Shown here piece after piece: positions 17,261 through 27,700 of a stretch of DNA of 64,000 nt (its first letter is position 1; every line of letters begins with the position of its first letter). The position numbers were made by a program, and so were the translations under genes. Source of the stretch: Candidatus Norongarragalinales archaeon (GTDB lineage: Archaea > Micrarchaeota > Micrarchaeia > Norongarragalinales > Norongarragalinaceae); NCBI GenBank assembly GCA_038884755.1, contig JAWABJ010000001.1, forward strand, positions 576,001 to 640,000, given 5' to 3'. Under the pieces are notes generated by a model. The model was not told the origin of the DNA, ran no database searches, and saw nothing but the letters and a program-made list of their open reading frames with translations.

Positions 17261-19510
17261 TCAGCCGCGCCTGCGCATGAGTTCTTTCACGAGCGAATCG
17301 TTAACCCACGCTTTCCAGTCTCTCAAAAGCGCTTCGTGGTCCACCACTCCGTTTTCCTGGATTTGCAGTTCGCGGTTCAAAAGGTATTTCGAATGAGCGA
17401 CCACGCTGTTTTCCGCTTCCAAAAGCTCGGGAAGGTTGAGCTTGTTCTTCAAATCAACCAAATACTGTTTTTCCTCTCCGCGCGCCTTGATTTCAACCAT
17501 CACTTCCTCCAAGCTTATTCCCCTGAGTTTTTTGAGTTTCGCGAGCCACTCGCTTTCTCCTAGCTTGGAGTGGTTGAATTCCAACGCGTCCTTGCCTGCA
17601 TCAAAGCTAGACCAGTTCAAAAACCCGTTTTCGTCCAGCGGGTCGTCGTTCCATTCTTTCTTCACTTCCGTAATCTCGATGAGCCTGCGTTTTCGCTCGA
17701 GCGAGCCTTTGAAGCGTATTGGAGCCGAAACGACTGCGAAATCAGTTGCTTTGAAACTCGTGGAAGGCACGCCCAAGTCGTTCACAACCCTGTCCCAAAT
17801 GCTGTACGCGCTTTCGCCGTGAATCGTCCCCATGACCGTGTTTCCAACTGCACCAATGCGCATTGCTTCGTAAAGCGCCAACGCTTCTTTGCTTCGCACT
17901 TCGCCTACTATTAAAACGGAATCTCCAAGCCGCAGTGCGGTTCGCAACGCGTCTTCGGCGGAAACTTCGCCTTCCATCACCGCCCCCAGCGGCGGGCGGG
18001 TTTTCAAACGCTGGATGTTGTAACCGATTTTCTTCATTTGCGGAATCGGCAATTCCTGCGTGTCTTCCTGCACGATTATGCGCAGGTTTTGAGGAAGTTC
18101 GAGCATCATTGCCTGCAAAAGAGAAGTTTTCCCGGAACCTCGCGAGCCCACTATCAACTGAGAAGCTTGCGCGTCGACGAAAAACGAAAGAAGCCCTGCC
18201 GTGAACGAGTCCATCATGTTCACGTCCACGAACTGCGAAAGCGTCCACGGCGTGTCCTTGTGCAGGCGGAAGGCGAATGCAGTTCCATCCAAAGCCAAAG
18301 GCTTGCCGATTACCGCTACGCGCGTCTGCAAGTCGGGCAAGTCGAAGTCGAGAATCGGATGCGCTTCGTCGAAAGGCCTGCCGCTCAACGCGCGAAAGCG
18401 CGAGACGATGCTCCTCGCTTCCTCGCTTGAAAACAAGATGTTGGTTTGGCATTGACCGTATTTACTGTGCACCAAGTAAATGGGTTTAGTGCCCAGCGGC
18501 GAGTCGACATAAACGTCGGTTATGCGCCGGTCGCTCAAAATGATTTCGAGAATCCCGTAACCGATGGTGTAGCGGGCTACTATTTCCGCAAGTTCCTCGC
18601 GCTCTTCCTGCGAAAGCAGGATGTTGTTTTTCGCCGCGATGTCGCCTATTGTCGCCACGTAAACTTTCTTGAAATAACGCCTTGCCTGCGTGATGTCGAG
18701 AAACTCCACGTTTTCCGGCCTGTGAGCTGCAACAACCTCCTTGGTTTTTTCGAGGAGGAAATACTTTTCCGGCGGGAGTGAGTATTCGGGCGGGTTGATG
18801 AAGTAGAACGCTTCGATTTTGTCGGGATGCCGGTAAATGTATACTTTCGTGCCTAGGACTTCGTACTGGTCGACCAGCTCCAGCTGTTCAGTTTCGGTGA
18901 AAAAGATTTGCGAGCCGATGAACGACGGTTTTATCGCAGCTTCGAAGAAAGAATGGTATATGCCTCGGTCGGCGGGAATGCTGCCCAACTGCTGTAAATA
19001 TTCTTTCATTTTGCGCAGCAACTTCGTCCTTTCCAGCCTGTCGCGCATGTATTCGAGAGTCGCGAGGTACAGCTTCAAGTCTTCTTGCTCTTCGGGGGGA
19101 AGCACTTGCATTTTCTGCATTTGCGCCTTGACTTCAGCTATGATCATGAGATATGCTTTGAACGGGTCGCCGCGAAGGGTGTTGAATATGCTGAGCACTG
19201 AGTCGTGCCTTTGCGCTAGCGTTTTGCTGCGCTGGTCTTTGCTCAAATGCCGGGGGCTCCACACGCCTTCCGCTTCGAACTCTGAAACTATTTCGGAAAT
19301 TTCCTTGAGCCAGCCCGTTTGTTCGGCGTCGTAAACGCGCTCGTAATACTCGCTGAGCACGATTTCATCCACGTCCGCCTCGCGAAGCTTGTCGATGACG
19401 TCTTGCATTACTTGCGCGTATTGCGCCAAGTCGGCGCCGTACTGCGAGCCGCGGTAGTCGATGACTAAACGCTTTTTACCCCCTTCGGTTTTAATTACGC
19501 TCTCGGGCAT
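17261..19510 (-). CDS. Type II/IV secretion (VirB11/TadA/FlaI family) ATPase with long N-terminal extension
   Basis: 749 aa. Walker A GSRGSGKT, Asp box QEDTQEL, Walker B VLIVGEVR, His box GTIHG. Confidence 0.92.
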   Translation of the reverse strand: MPESVIKTEGGKKRLVIDYRGSQYGADLAQYAQVMQDVIDKLREADVDEIVLSEYYERVYDAEQTGWLKEISEIVSEFEAEGVWSPRHLSKDQRSKTLAQRHDSVLSIFNTLRGDPFKAYLMIIAEVKAQMQKMQVLPPEEQEDLKLYLATLEYMRDRLERTKLLRKMKEYLQQLGSIPADRGIYHSFFEAAIKPSFIGSQIFFTETEQLELVDQYEVLGTKVYIYRHPDKIEAFYFINPPEYSLPPEKYFLLEKTKEVVAAHRPENVEFLDITQARRYFKKVYVATIGDIAAKNNILLSQEEREELAEIVARYTIGYGILEIILSDRRITDVYVDSPLGTKPIYLVHSKYGQCQTNILFSSEEARSIVSRFRALSGRPFDEAHPILDFDLPDLQTRVAVIGKPLALDGTAFAFRLHKDTPWTLSQFVDVNMMDSFTAGLLSFFVDAQASQLIVGSRGSGKTSLLQAMMLELPQNLRIIVQEDTQELPIPQMKKIGYNIQRLKTRPPLGAVMEGEVSAEDALRTALRLGDSVLIVGEVRSKEALALYEAMRIGAVGNTVMGTIHGESAYSIWDRVVNDLGVPSTSFKATDFAVVSAPIRFKGSLERKRRLIEITEVKKEWNDDPLDENGFLNWSSFDAGKDALEFNHSKLGESEWLAKLKKLRGISLEEVMVEIKARGEEKQYLVDLKNKLNLPELLEAENSVVAHSKYLLNRELQIQENGVVDHEALLRDWKAWVNDSLVKELMRRRG

Positions 19511-19631
19511 GAAGTTATTAAACAGAGTTTATTAAATTGGCTTTTTAGGCGGGCGTTCCATGAATTTGCGAGTGGTAGGTCGTCGTGATTAGTGGCTCAA
19601 GCTGGTGGCGTATAGAAGGTCTAAAAAAACG

Positions 19632-22478
19632 CTAGCTCAATACCACAGCGGGCTTGAAAGGCATCGCCCTTGCGGCTTTTTCCTCTTTCGAACGCTCTTC
19701 GCTTTCTATTTCCACGCGCAAGCTAAGCTGTTTTTCCAAAAACTCTTTCGACGACTTTAGGATCTTCTCCTCGTCGACGCTGGCGTAATGCGGATTCGCC
19801 ACCAGTTCGAAAAACGTTTTCTCCAAATACTTTTTCGTAAGCTCGTCCTCCACGACGGGAATGACAGCTTTTTCCGCGCTCCGTCCTTCCTCAACGAGTT
19901 TTCTCACGAAATCCCGCTTTTTCTTCGAGGCGGTTATTATTTTCGCGCCGGAAATCTTGCGCTTTCCTGACAAAAGAGCAGCGATGCTGCGCACGTCTTC
20001 CAAAACGCTTTGCACGAAGTCCTCGCTTGCCTCCGCGTTCAAGTCGATTTTCTTTTCATTGCATTCAGGCCATGCGGCAACGCTGCACAGACCCTTTTGC
20101 TTAGCTTTTTCCCAAAACTCTTCGCAGGCGTGCGGCATCAATGGCGAAAGCAGGCGAATCCACTTTAAGACGCTTTTCGCGATTGCCGCGCGTTCCTCGT
20201 CCGACGCGCGCGAGTCGAAATACTCGAAATCGCGCAGCGTTTTGAAGAAAGCGTTTTGCACGTAATCACGCAAGGCGAATTCCTCGAGGTTTTTCGTGGA
20301 CTCCGCGACTGCTGACTCGAGCTTGGATTCAATCCATTTGGTCAAATGCGTCTTCTTTCCCGAGCCCGAACCGAGCAAGCCAACGTATTTCAGGCATAGA
20401 AACTCGAACTTCGAGAGTATTTTCCTCATCGCCTCTACGTCTTTCTTCCTGAAGTCCAGGGTGCTCGCGAAATCGGCGGTGCCTACGCTATACAACCGAA
20501 ACAAGTCGGCGCCGTACTGCTCTGCAACAGCGTTAAGCAAGACGACATTCCCCTTGCTCTTGCTCATTTTCGACCCTTCGCTCAGAACCATTTCGTTGAG
20601 AGTAATCGCGCGCGGCCAGTGTTTTTTCTCGAAAAGCGCAGCATGGGCGAAGACGAAAAAGCTCAGGTGGTTCGTCAAATGCGCTATTGCCGTATGGCGT
20701 TGGTCGTTCGGATACCAGTACAAAAACTCGCTTCGCACGTCATTCATTATTTTCGGCGAAATTACGCCGGAGTATTGCTTTCCCGAAAACACGAAGTCGA
20801 AAAACGCCTCGTCCAAAAACTCTTGCTTGATCTTGTGTTCCCTGATTTTTTTTATTACCGTGTAAAGAGCCATGTATACGGTGGAATCGCTGAGGCTTTC
20901 GATTATCCACTCGCGGTTGAACGGCAGGCGCGTGCCCAAACCGCGGCGTCGGGCGCAAGGCCGTTTGTCGAGCCACTCGAAAACGTCTTCGAATTGCTTG
21001 CGGTAAATCGGCGGGAAGATGGTCATTTCACGCAGGCATTCGAAAGCCTTGTCCTTCCATCCTTTCGCGTTGAAGTCCAAAAACCACTGGTCGGGAAGGA
21101 TTGCTACTACGATTTTCCCGCCGGCGCGCGAAAAAGCGGGGCGGCTGGTTTCATAAAACCAAAATGCGGCGCCGTCCTTGACGAGCCACTGGGAAACTTC
21201 TTCCTTCGCTTCCACAACTGTTTTTCCGGCGAAGCCCATTGCGTTTTCCTTCATCACTCCGCCGTAAAACTCTGCTTTGTACAAGTGCTGCGTGGCTTTC
21301 TCGATTTTTTGCTTCTCGCGCACGTTCATTATCTTGAATTGTTCGGCCATTTCTTGCGCTGGAAAACCACCGAACCCCTCGAGTTTAATCAAAGGAATGG
21401 GTTTTAAGGATTCGACGAGTTCCTTGAGTTTTACGTGCTCGTATTTTTTCAAGGTTTTCTCGTCTTTCTTCAAGTCCTCGAGTGCAAGCCAGTCTACTAC
21501 GGCATGCGCAGGCACACTGTGCACGAATCCGCTCGCGTTGTCCGCGTCCACAAACTCCGCGGGAAGTATGGGAACGCGCTGCTGCAAAGGCGTTTCCACG
21601 AACTTTCCCACGAAAAACCCGCCGTCGATTTCTTTTTCCACGCTCACCGAATGGTGCTGGAACGAAAGCTTTTCGGCAGCCTGCGCGCTCACGAAAAGCG
21701 TTTCTCCGTCCATCTTGATTTTCGCGTATTTCGCGCGGGGGTTGACGAACAAGTTCGTTATTCCGAAAACGGTTTCCGGGCGCAGGGTCGCTGAAACGAT
21801 AAAGCCATCTTCGCCTTCGGCCGAAAACTTCGACTTGAGGCCCACGAACTTTCGCAATTCGACCGGGTCGGTGTCTCCGTCTTTGATGTCGTCCTCGCCC
21901 ACCGCGTTCTTTTCTTGAACGTCGAACAAGATGGGGTAAGAGCCTTGCGTCAAAAACCCTTTTTCCTCGTACTTCTTGAACTGCCATTCGACGAACTTGT
22001 TGTACTCGGCGTCACCGCTCGTGAACTGCCGCGTGAAATCGATGCCGAACCCCATTCTCGAAAAGTCGAGGATTATTTTTTTTGAAAAGTAATTTACGAC
22101 GTTCCAGGGGTTTTCGAATGAAAAAACTATTTCTTCGGTCTTGCGCTCGTCCTTCTCGTATATCCCGACGTATTCCTTGTACATGGATATGGCGTCGTAA
22201 TCGCGGTTTTTGATTTTCTGGCTTACCGCCAGAACCGGCGTTCCGGTGATGTGGAACGCCATGGGCCAGAGCACGTTAAAGCCGCGCATTCGCTTGAAGC
22301 GCGCAATCACGTCGCCTATCGCGTAAGTCCTTCCGTGGCCAACGTGCAAATTGCCGGAAACGTAGGGGTAGGGCACGGTGAAGAAAAACTTTTTTTTCTT
22401 GGAATCTGCGATAGGCTCGAACGTTTTTTCGGCAGCCCAACGCGCCTGCCATTTTTTTTCCACGCCAGCAAAATCCAA
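19632..22478 (-). CDS. leuS: Leucine--tRNA ligase (archaeal type)
   Basis: PYPY..GNLHVGH, FHITGTP, ATLRPET editing domain, IESLSDST, KMSKSKGN. Start likely TTG 22478 (ORF extends to 22511). Confidence 0.96.
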   Translation of the reverse strand: MDFAGVEKKWQARWAAEKTFEPIADSKKKKFFFTVPYPYVSGNLHVGHGRTYAIGDVIARFKRMRGFNVLWPMAFHITGTPVLAVSQKIKNRDYDAISMYKEYVGIYEKDERKTEEIVFSFENPWNVVNYFSKKIILDFSRMGFGIDFTRQFTSGDAEYNKFVEWQFKKYEEKGFLTQGSYPILFDVQEKNAVGEDDIKDGDTDPVELRKFVGLKSKFSAEGEDGFIVSATLRPETVFGITNLFVNPRAKYAKIKMDGETLFVSAQAAEKLSFQHHSVSVEKEIDGGFFVGKFVETPLQQRVPILPAEFVDADNASGFVHSVPAHAVVDWLALEDLKKDEKTLKKYEHVKLKELVESLKPIPLIKLEGFGGFPAQEMAEQFKIMNVREKQKIEKATQHLYKAEFYGGVMKENAMGFAGKTVVEAKEEVSQWLVKDGAAFWFYETSRPAFSRAGGKIVVAILPDQWFLDFNAKGWKDKAFECLREMTIFPPIYRKQFEDVFEWLDKRPCARRRGLGTRLPFNREWIIESLSDSTVYMALYTVIKKIREHKIKQEFLDEAFFDFVFSGKQYSGVISPKIMNDVRSEFLYWYPNDQRHTAIAHLTNHLSFFVFAHAALFEKKHWPRAITLNEMVLSEGSKMSKSKGNVVLLNAVAEQYGADLFRLYSVGTADFASTLDFRKKDVEAMRKILSKFEFLCLKYVGLLGSGSGKKTHLTKWIESKLESAVAESTKNLEEFALRDYVQNAFFKTLRDFEYFDSRASDEERAAIAKSVLKWIRLLSPLMPHACEEFWEKAKQKGLCSVAAWPECNEKKIDLNAEASEDFVQSVLEDVRSIAALLSGKRKISGAKIITASKKKRDFVRKLVEEGRSAEKAVIPVVEDELTKKYLEKTFFELVANPHYASVDEEKILKSSKEFLEKQLSLRVEIESEERSKEEKAARAMPFKPAVVLS

Positions 22479-22545
22479 ATCAACCGCCTTTCGGGGGGAA
22501 AAGCAAAACAAATGTTATTAACGGCGGGAAGATTAAAGCGTTTTC

Positions 22546-23106
22546 GTGAAGAAAAAAAACAAGAGCGCTTCGCATCGCGGGGAAAGCGACTTGCGCAAGG
22601 CAGTGAAGTTCGTAGCATTATTCGCCTTGCTGTTTTTGCCCGCGTACTCCGTTTTGGCTTACACGCCGCTGGGCGGCGCATTCGGCGGGATTGCAGCCGA
22701 CTCTTCACAGTTCGCCTTGAAGCTTTTGGGCGTGCAAACGCAAAAAACCGTCTTGGAAAACGGGAGTTACGCGCTGGAAGGCGAGGGTTTCGTCGCGGAA
22801 CTCAACCAGGCTTGCGCCGCGCTCATTGAAATAGCGGTTTTGTTCGCAATCGTTTTCGCGAGCTTCGAAAAAACGCTTGGGGAAAGGGTGAAAGGCTTTG
22901 CGTACGGGACGGCGTTGCTTTTGCTGTTGAATCCCGTGCGCATCGCGCTGAGCATAATTTTCATAGACCCGCTGGTTCACGACGTCCTCTTCCGCATTAC
23001 GCTCGTGATAACCATAATCGGCTTCTACGCGTTTTGGCATTACGGAGAGCTTGCGAAAAGCAAGAGCTTTTGGCTGGGAATGCACGAGAAAATCAGGCTA
23101 AAGTGA
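22546..23106 (+). CDS. Archaeosortase/exosortase family membrane protease
   Basis: 186-aa multi-TM protein with ELNQAC (catalytic Cys), LLNPVRI (Arg) and HDVLFR, the spacing expected for this family. Confidence 0.8.
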   Translation: MKKKNKSASHRGESDLRKAVKFVALFALLFLPAYSVLAYTPLGGAFGGIAADSSQFALKLLGVQTQKTVLENGSYALEGEGFVAELNQACAALIEIAVLFAIVFASFEKTLGERVKGFAYGTALLLLLNPVRIALSIIFIDPLVHDVLFRITLVITIIGFYAFWHYGELAKSKSFWLGMHEKIRLK

Positions 23107-23158
23107 ATAGAAAAAAAAAGGCTATTAATATATGTGGCGTAGAAGTAATCGGTTTCGC

Positions 23159-24691
23159 ATGCGCAGCAAAAAGGGATTCATTTCCGCCCCGCTCATAGGC
23201 ACCGTGATTTTCCTTTCGGCGGTAGTGTTCGTGGTTAATTTGCAGAACGTCGAGGCGCAAAACTCTCTGCGGATAGCGAACGACGCTTACCACAACCGAA
23301 TCTCCAGCGTGCTGGAGCAGCACCGCTCGGATTTGGCGTCCATATTTCGCGAGGGGTTGAGCCGGACGATTTCGTATTATTTGCTCAACCCGGGGTGGGA
23401 CGTTTTCGTTTGGAACAACGACCCGAACTCGCGTTATTACAGCACTGCCGCCCACTACCGCAACAGGAACGGGCTCGACCCCGACCCTCTCGTCGACGGG
23501 TCTTTAGGCAGCAACCCCGACCCAGGCAGGGTTTCGCTTGCGGAAGTGAAGTTCGCGAAATGCGAGACGGTAAAGGCGTTGACGAGCGACGTGATTTGCA
23601 GCATTCCCGACAGCGTCAATTTGAACAACGAACGCGAGTACAAGTACGGGCTTCCGCAGTGGATGAGCAAGTTCGTGGAGAACGAAGGGATTTTCGTTTT
23701 CGAAGGCATTACGTTCAACACTTCCAACCAGAAGGAGATCAAAGTTTTCTTGCCCGGCTCGAGAACCGACGTGAGCCAAGCACAGGCGGTTCAAGAATAC
23801 CAGGATTACTGCAAAGCCTTGCTTCGCGGTAGTGTTTTCGACTGCAAGGCTTTCGCCACGCAGACGGACCCGCGCACGGGCGGAAGCCTCATGCGCTGTT
23901 CAGAAGATTTGAACAACGACGGGACAATACAGGAAAACGAAATTCTGGAAGGGTGCGAAGACGGCAGGTTTTTCGTCAGGGTAAACGTTGAAAACGAGGT
24001 TGACGGAATCGAAGTGTACCCAAACATTCCGCGCGTGGAGGCGAAGGACACGGGAGGAAACGTTTTTCGAAGCAGCGGAGTGGGAGAAAAGAATTTTTAC
24101 TTGCCCATCAACCTGCGCATTTTCAAGTATTTCGACGAAACGTTCAAGGTGTACAGTCATCTTGCTTACGGGCCTACTGAAAGCTCCAGCTCCAGGGCAC
24201 CAGCCGGAAACGAAGGAAATAACGAAGGGGTTGCCGACGGCAACTGCGGGCAAGCGATTCCCAACAGGTGCGAACGCCCGGACAGCGGGTTTAACGACGG
24301 CGGCTACGACCTTCCCAACGCTATCAACCCGAACGACATCGACAAGATTGTCAAGGAAGTGCGCAGGAATTACTTCGACTTGGTTTTCAAGCGGGCTTGC
24401 ACGCAGGCGAACGCGCCCGATTTGGACTTGAGGTTTTGCTCTGGAACAGCTTGCGACCCCAACGCGTCCCCCAAGTGCGACGCTTCTCTCGTTTTCACGC
24501 CTTACGACAGGAATGAAGATTTTCCTGTAACGCCTTGCGAAGCGCCCGGCGGTGGAGACCGCGGCTGCGCTTTCGTTGAAAAGCCGGCGTGGAGGTTTTT
24601 GATGGTCGACTCGAACGCCGCTTTCCGAATCGATCCCCAGCGGCCGGTGAACTTCGAGTGGGGGGTGCAATTGCAGCACGACACGGTTTGA
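23159..24691 (+). CDS. Large class III signal peptide protein (minor pilin/adhesin-like), Cys-rich
   Basis: MRSKKG/FISAPLIGTVIFLSAVVFVVNL; many paired Cys; DLNNDGTIQENE EF-hand-like loop. Confidence 0.78.
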   Translation: MRSKKGFISAPLIGTVIFLSAVVFVVNLQNVEAQNSLRIANDAYHNRISSVLEQHRSDLASIFREGLSRTISYYLLNPGWDVFVWNNDPNSRYYSTAAHYRNRNGLDPDPLVDGSLGSNPDPGRVSLAEVKFAKCETVKALTSDVICSIPDSVNLNNEREYKYGLPQWMSKFVENEGIFVFEGITFNTSNQKEIKVFLPGSRTDVSQAQAVQEYQDYCKALLRGSVFDCKAFATQTDPRTGGSLMRCSEDLNNDGTIQENEILEGCEDGRFFVRVNVENEVDGIEVYPNIPRVEAKDTGGNVFRSSGVGEKNFYLPINLRIFKYFDETFKVYSHLAYGPTESSSSRAPAGNEGNNEGVADGNCGQAIPNRCERPDSGFNDGGYDLPNAINPNDIDKIVKEVRRNYFDLVFKRACTQANAPDLDLRFCSGTACDPNASPKCDASLVFTPYDRNEDFPVTPCEAPGGGDRGCAFVEKPAWRFLMVDSNAAFRIDPQRPVNFEWGVQLQHDTV

Positions 24692-24745
24692 AGCGCGCAA
24701 AAAAAAACGCAACTATTTTAATAGCCCAAACCCACTATTCTCTAC

Positions 24746-27700
24746 ATGGCTGAAGGGGGTAAAGGTGTTTTGGATTCACTGGGTGAAGCTTACGAAAATT
24801 TCGTCTCTTCACTCGAGGAAAAAGGCGTGCCTTCTCCCAGAACGCTCGTGCCAGTCGCAGCTGCGGTAATAATCATTGCAATAGCACTGGTGCTGTTGCC
24901 TTCTTTGCTCAATCCCACCACCACGATAGAGTTCAAGGTGTTGAATTCGCGGGGCGCGCCTGTTGCAGGAGCGGACGTCACTATTTACGCGGGCGAAAAG
25001 CCGTTCAACAGCCGCTCTGAGAGCGACGGGACCGTGGTTTTCGATAAAGTGCCGCAGCAGGCAGAGTACGAAGTTTCGGTAAGCGCGTTGGGATACCAGC
25101 CGAAGAAAGGCGTGGTGGAAAACAAGGGCGAGGTTTTCCTTTCAGGAAACACCGCTTCGCAAAAAAAGACTTTGAAAATCAAGGTTTTGGGCTCGGACAG
25201 GAGCACGCCAGTGGGAGAGGCGAGCGTGGTCTTGAGTTTCGACGACGGGACCAAGAGAAGCGAAGACACGGATGACTGGGGGGACGCGATTTTCGATTTG
25301 AGTGGCGTAGACAAGACAATCGCCACTGTTGAAGTAAGCAAGGAAGGTTTTAAGTCGAAAACTAAGACGGTGAACGTTGACGACGGAACGATAACCATAG
25401 ATTTGAAGGAAACGGGTGAGGGAAAGAAAAGCGAAGCACTGAACGGCGATTTCATAGTCAAAGTTTCAGGCGGCGAAGCCGAAGGCGTGGTAGTTTCCCT
25501 CGTCGACCTTTACACGCAAACCCCGATTTCAAAAACCAAAGTAGGTTCAGACAACCAGGCGGTGTTCGCACGCCTTGCATTCGGGTCAAGGTTTGCAATC
25601 AACGCTTTCGACCCTGAAGGGAGGTTTGAAACCTACGCGGGACAAGAAATGGTTTTCGAGGAAAACCTGCAGGAAGAACACATAGCGTTAATCAAAAAGG
25701 AAGGCGCGGAAGACGAGCTTGTAATAACCGTAAAAGGCAAGGACGGAGAGCGCATTGCGGGCGCCGAAGTCAAGCTTTACGACAAGACCACGCGCACGTG
25801 GTACGCCGAAGACTCGACGGACGCGAGCGGAAACGTTAGGATTGCGGTCGCAGGGAGAACCTATTATGCGACCGCGTTCAAGGAAGGCTATTTGCCCGGC
25901 TTCGCCGAAAACGCGAGGCGCGGCGACGCGAAGACCATTGAACTGGAAAAGGAAGGCGCTGACAACTCGGCCGAAGCGTCCGTCCTCGTCAAGGAAAACG
26001 GCGAGCCTCTGCCGGACGCTGAAGTGAACTTTTTCAAGGCGAACGGCTTTCCACTAGGAATTCCCACTGTTTTCACGAGCGCCGACGGTTCCGCCGTCTT
26101 CAACATGCCTTTGATTCTCGACGGGAAGAACTACAAGGCTTACGCTTCCGCTAGCGTTGGAAACAAGATTGGAAAAAGCGATTTGGTGGACATGGCGGAA
26201 GGAATTGAATTCGTCATAACAGTCCAAGCTCCTCCCGCTAACGTCACGCTGATGGCGAAAAACCTTTTGACCAATGAAAGGATTTCCAACGCGTTGTTTT
26301 CGGTCACCGATGCAGGCGAAAGCATAATCAACGACTGCTCTTCGCCATGCACAATCACGGTTCCAGCGCAAGTCGAAGTGAAAATAATCGCGAGCGCAGG
26401 CAATTACATGCAGACTACCACCGCGCCGGTTTCTTTCGAGCCAGGGGAAACGAAAACGGTGGAAGTGCTCATGTACCCGCTTTCAATTTCCAAGAAAAAT
26501 TCCCTTGCGTTCCTAGGGTTTTTCGACAATAACGGGAACAACGTGGTTGAACTGCAGAGGGCGCAAGAGTACGACGCGAAATTCATGCTGGCTTTGGGAG
26601 AGAAGGGCGACGCTTTCGCTTTCTTCCAGGCAGGCGAGTCTTCCGACGCGCTTTCCGAACCTTTCGAACTCAAGGGGTTCAAAAGCGCCTTGAAACCCAA
26701 AACCGTTTTCGCCGGAGAAAATGCGGAAAGCGTTTGCTCGCCGGAAGAAAAAACCCAGCCCGAAGCCTTGAAGTGGGTCGAGCTCGATTACACCAACCAA
26801 CTGGGTGCGGGTGAAATAGTTTTGGAAATCGCGGTTAGGCCGGACGCGCCCGCAAGGAGCGAAGTGAAAATCCTGCACAGGGCAGGCGGGTTCATCGGAG
26901 CAAACGGAATTCCATTCACCTCGCCGCAGGACGACGATTTGATAATGCAATTGCTTTCGCAAAGCTCTAAAGGCAGGAGCGTGTTCTGCAGCGCCAAAAC
27001 CGGCGTTGCAACCGCCCGCGTGCACGCAAACCCCTTGACTTGCAAGGACGGGCTGTGCAGCAGGATTATTCTCGAGCGTGAGGACGGGTTCAAGTCTTCC
27101 AACAACCTCGTCGTTCCAGTAGGCCAGCAGTTCAAAATGAATTTCGACTTGTTCGCGCCGGACGAGAGCATAGACAGCGTCGCGCTTGAAGAATCGCCTT
27201 CGTTCGAAATAATTTCCGGCAGTGCGGGAGAAGCGCATTTCGCCGAACGCACTTTCGCAGCGACGGGAACGGAAAAAACGTCGGGAAGCATAACCATGCG
27301 CGCGTTGAGGCAAACCGCTAGGGCGGCATTGAGATTGAAGGCTGGCTTCGCCAGCGAAAAACCGCCCATGACGCTCGAAAAGTCGGTTGAAATAACTGGA
27401 ACTAACTCGTTCCAAATTTCCGTCTCCCCCCAGCAGGCGGTTCTCGGCGAAAGCGTGAGGGCGCAGGCCATAGTGCTCGACTCGTTCTCCCGGCCTGTGA
27501 CTGACGCAGAAGTGAGCGTGCTGAACTGCGAAGGCTCGCCGCGCGTGTTGCAGGAAACCAGGACCGTTCTGGGAAGGAACGCGCAAGGCGAAGGCAGGGA
27601 CGGGAAATACGAATTCCGTTTTACACCGCAGACCGTCGGCAAAATCTGTTTTGAAGCCAGGGCCGACGGTTTCGAAACCAAAACAAACGAAGGCATTGAA

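Noticed and set aside
14999..19510. Archaellum motor (FlaI/FlaJ) or conjugative T4SS
   Set aside because: No archaellin, FlaH, VirB4 or relaxase-like genes were recognised nearby.
19542..19627. Intergenic segment closed by TTTTTAGGC / GTCTAAAAA, considered as a possible ncRNA
   Set aside because: No C/D or H/ACA boxes and no convincing inner structure; it may simply hold the leuS terminator and the ATPase promoter.
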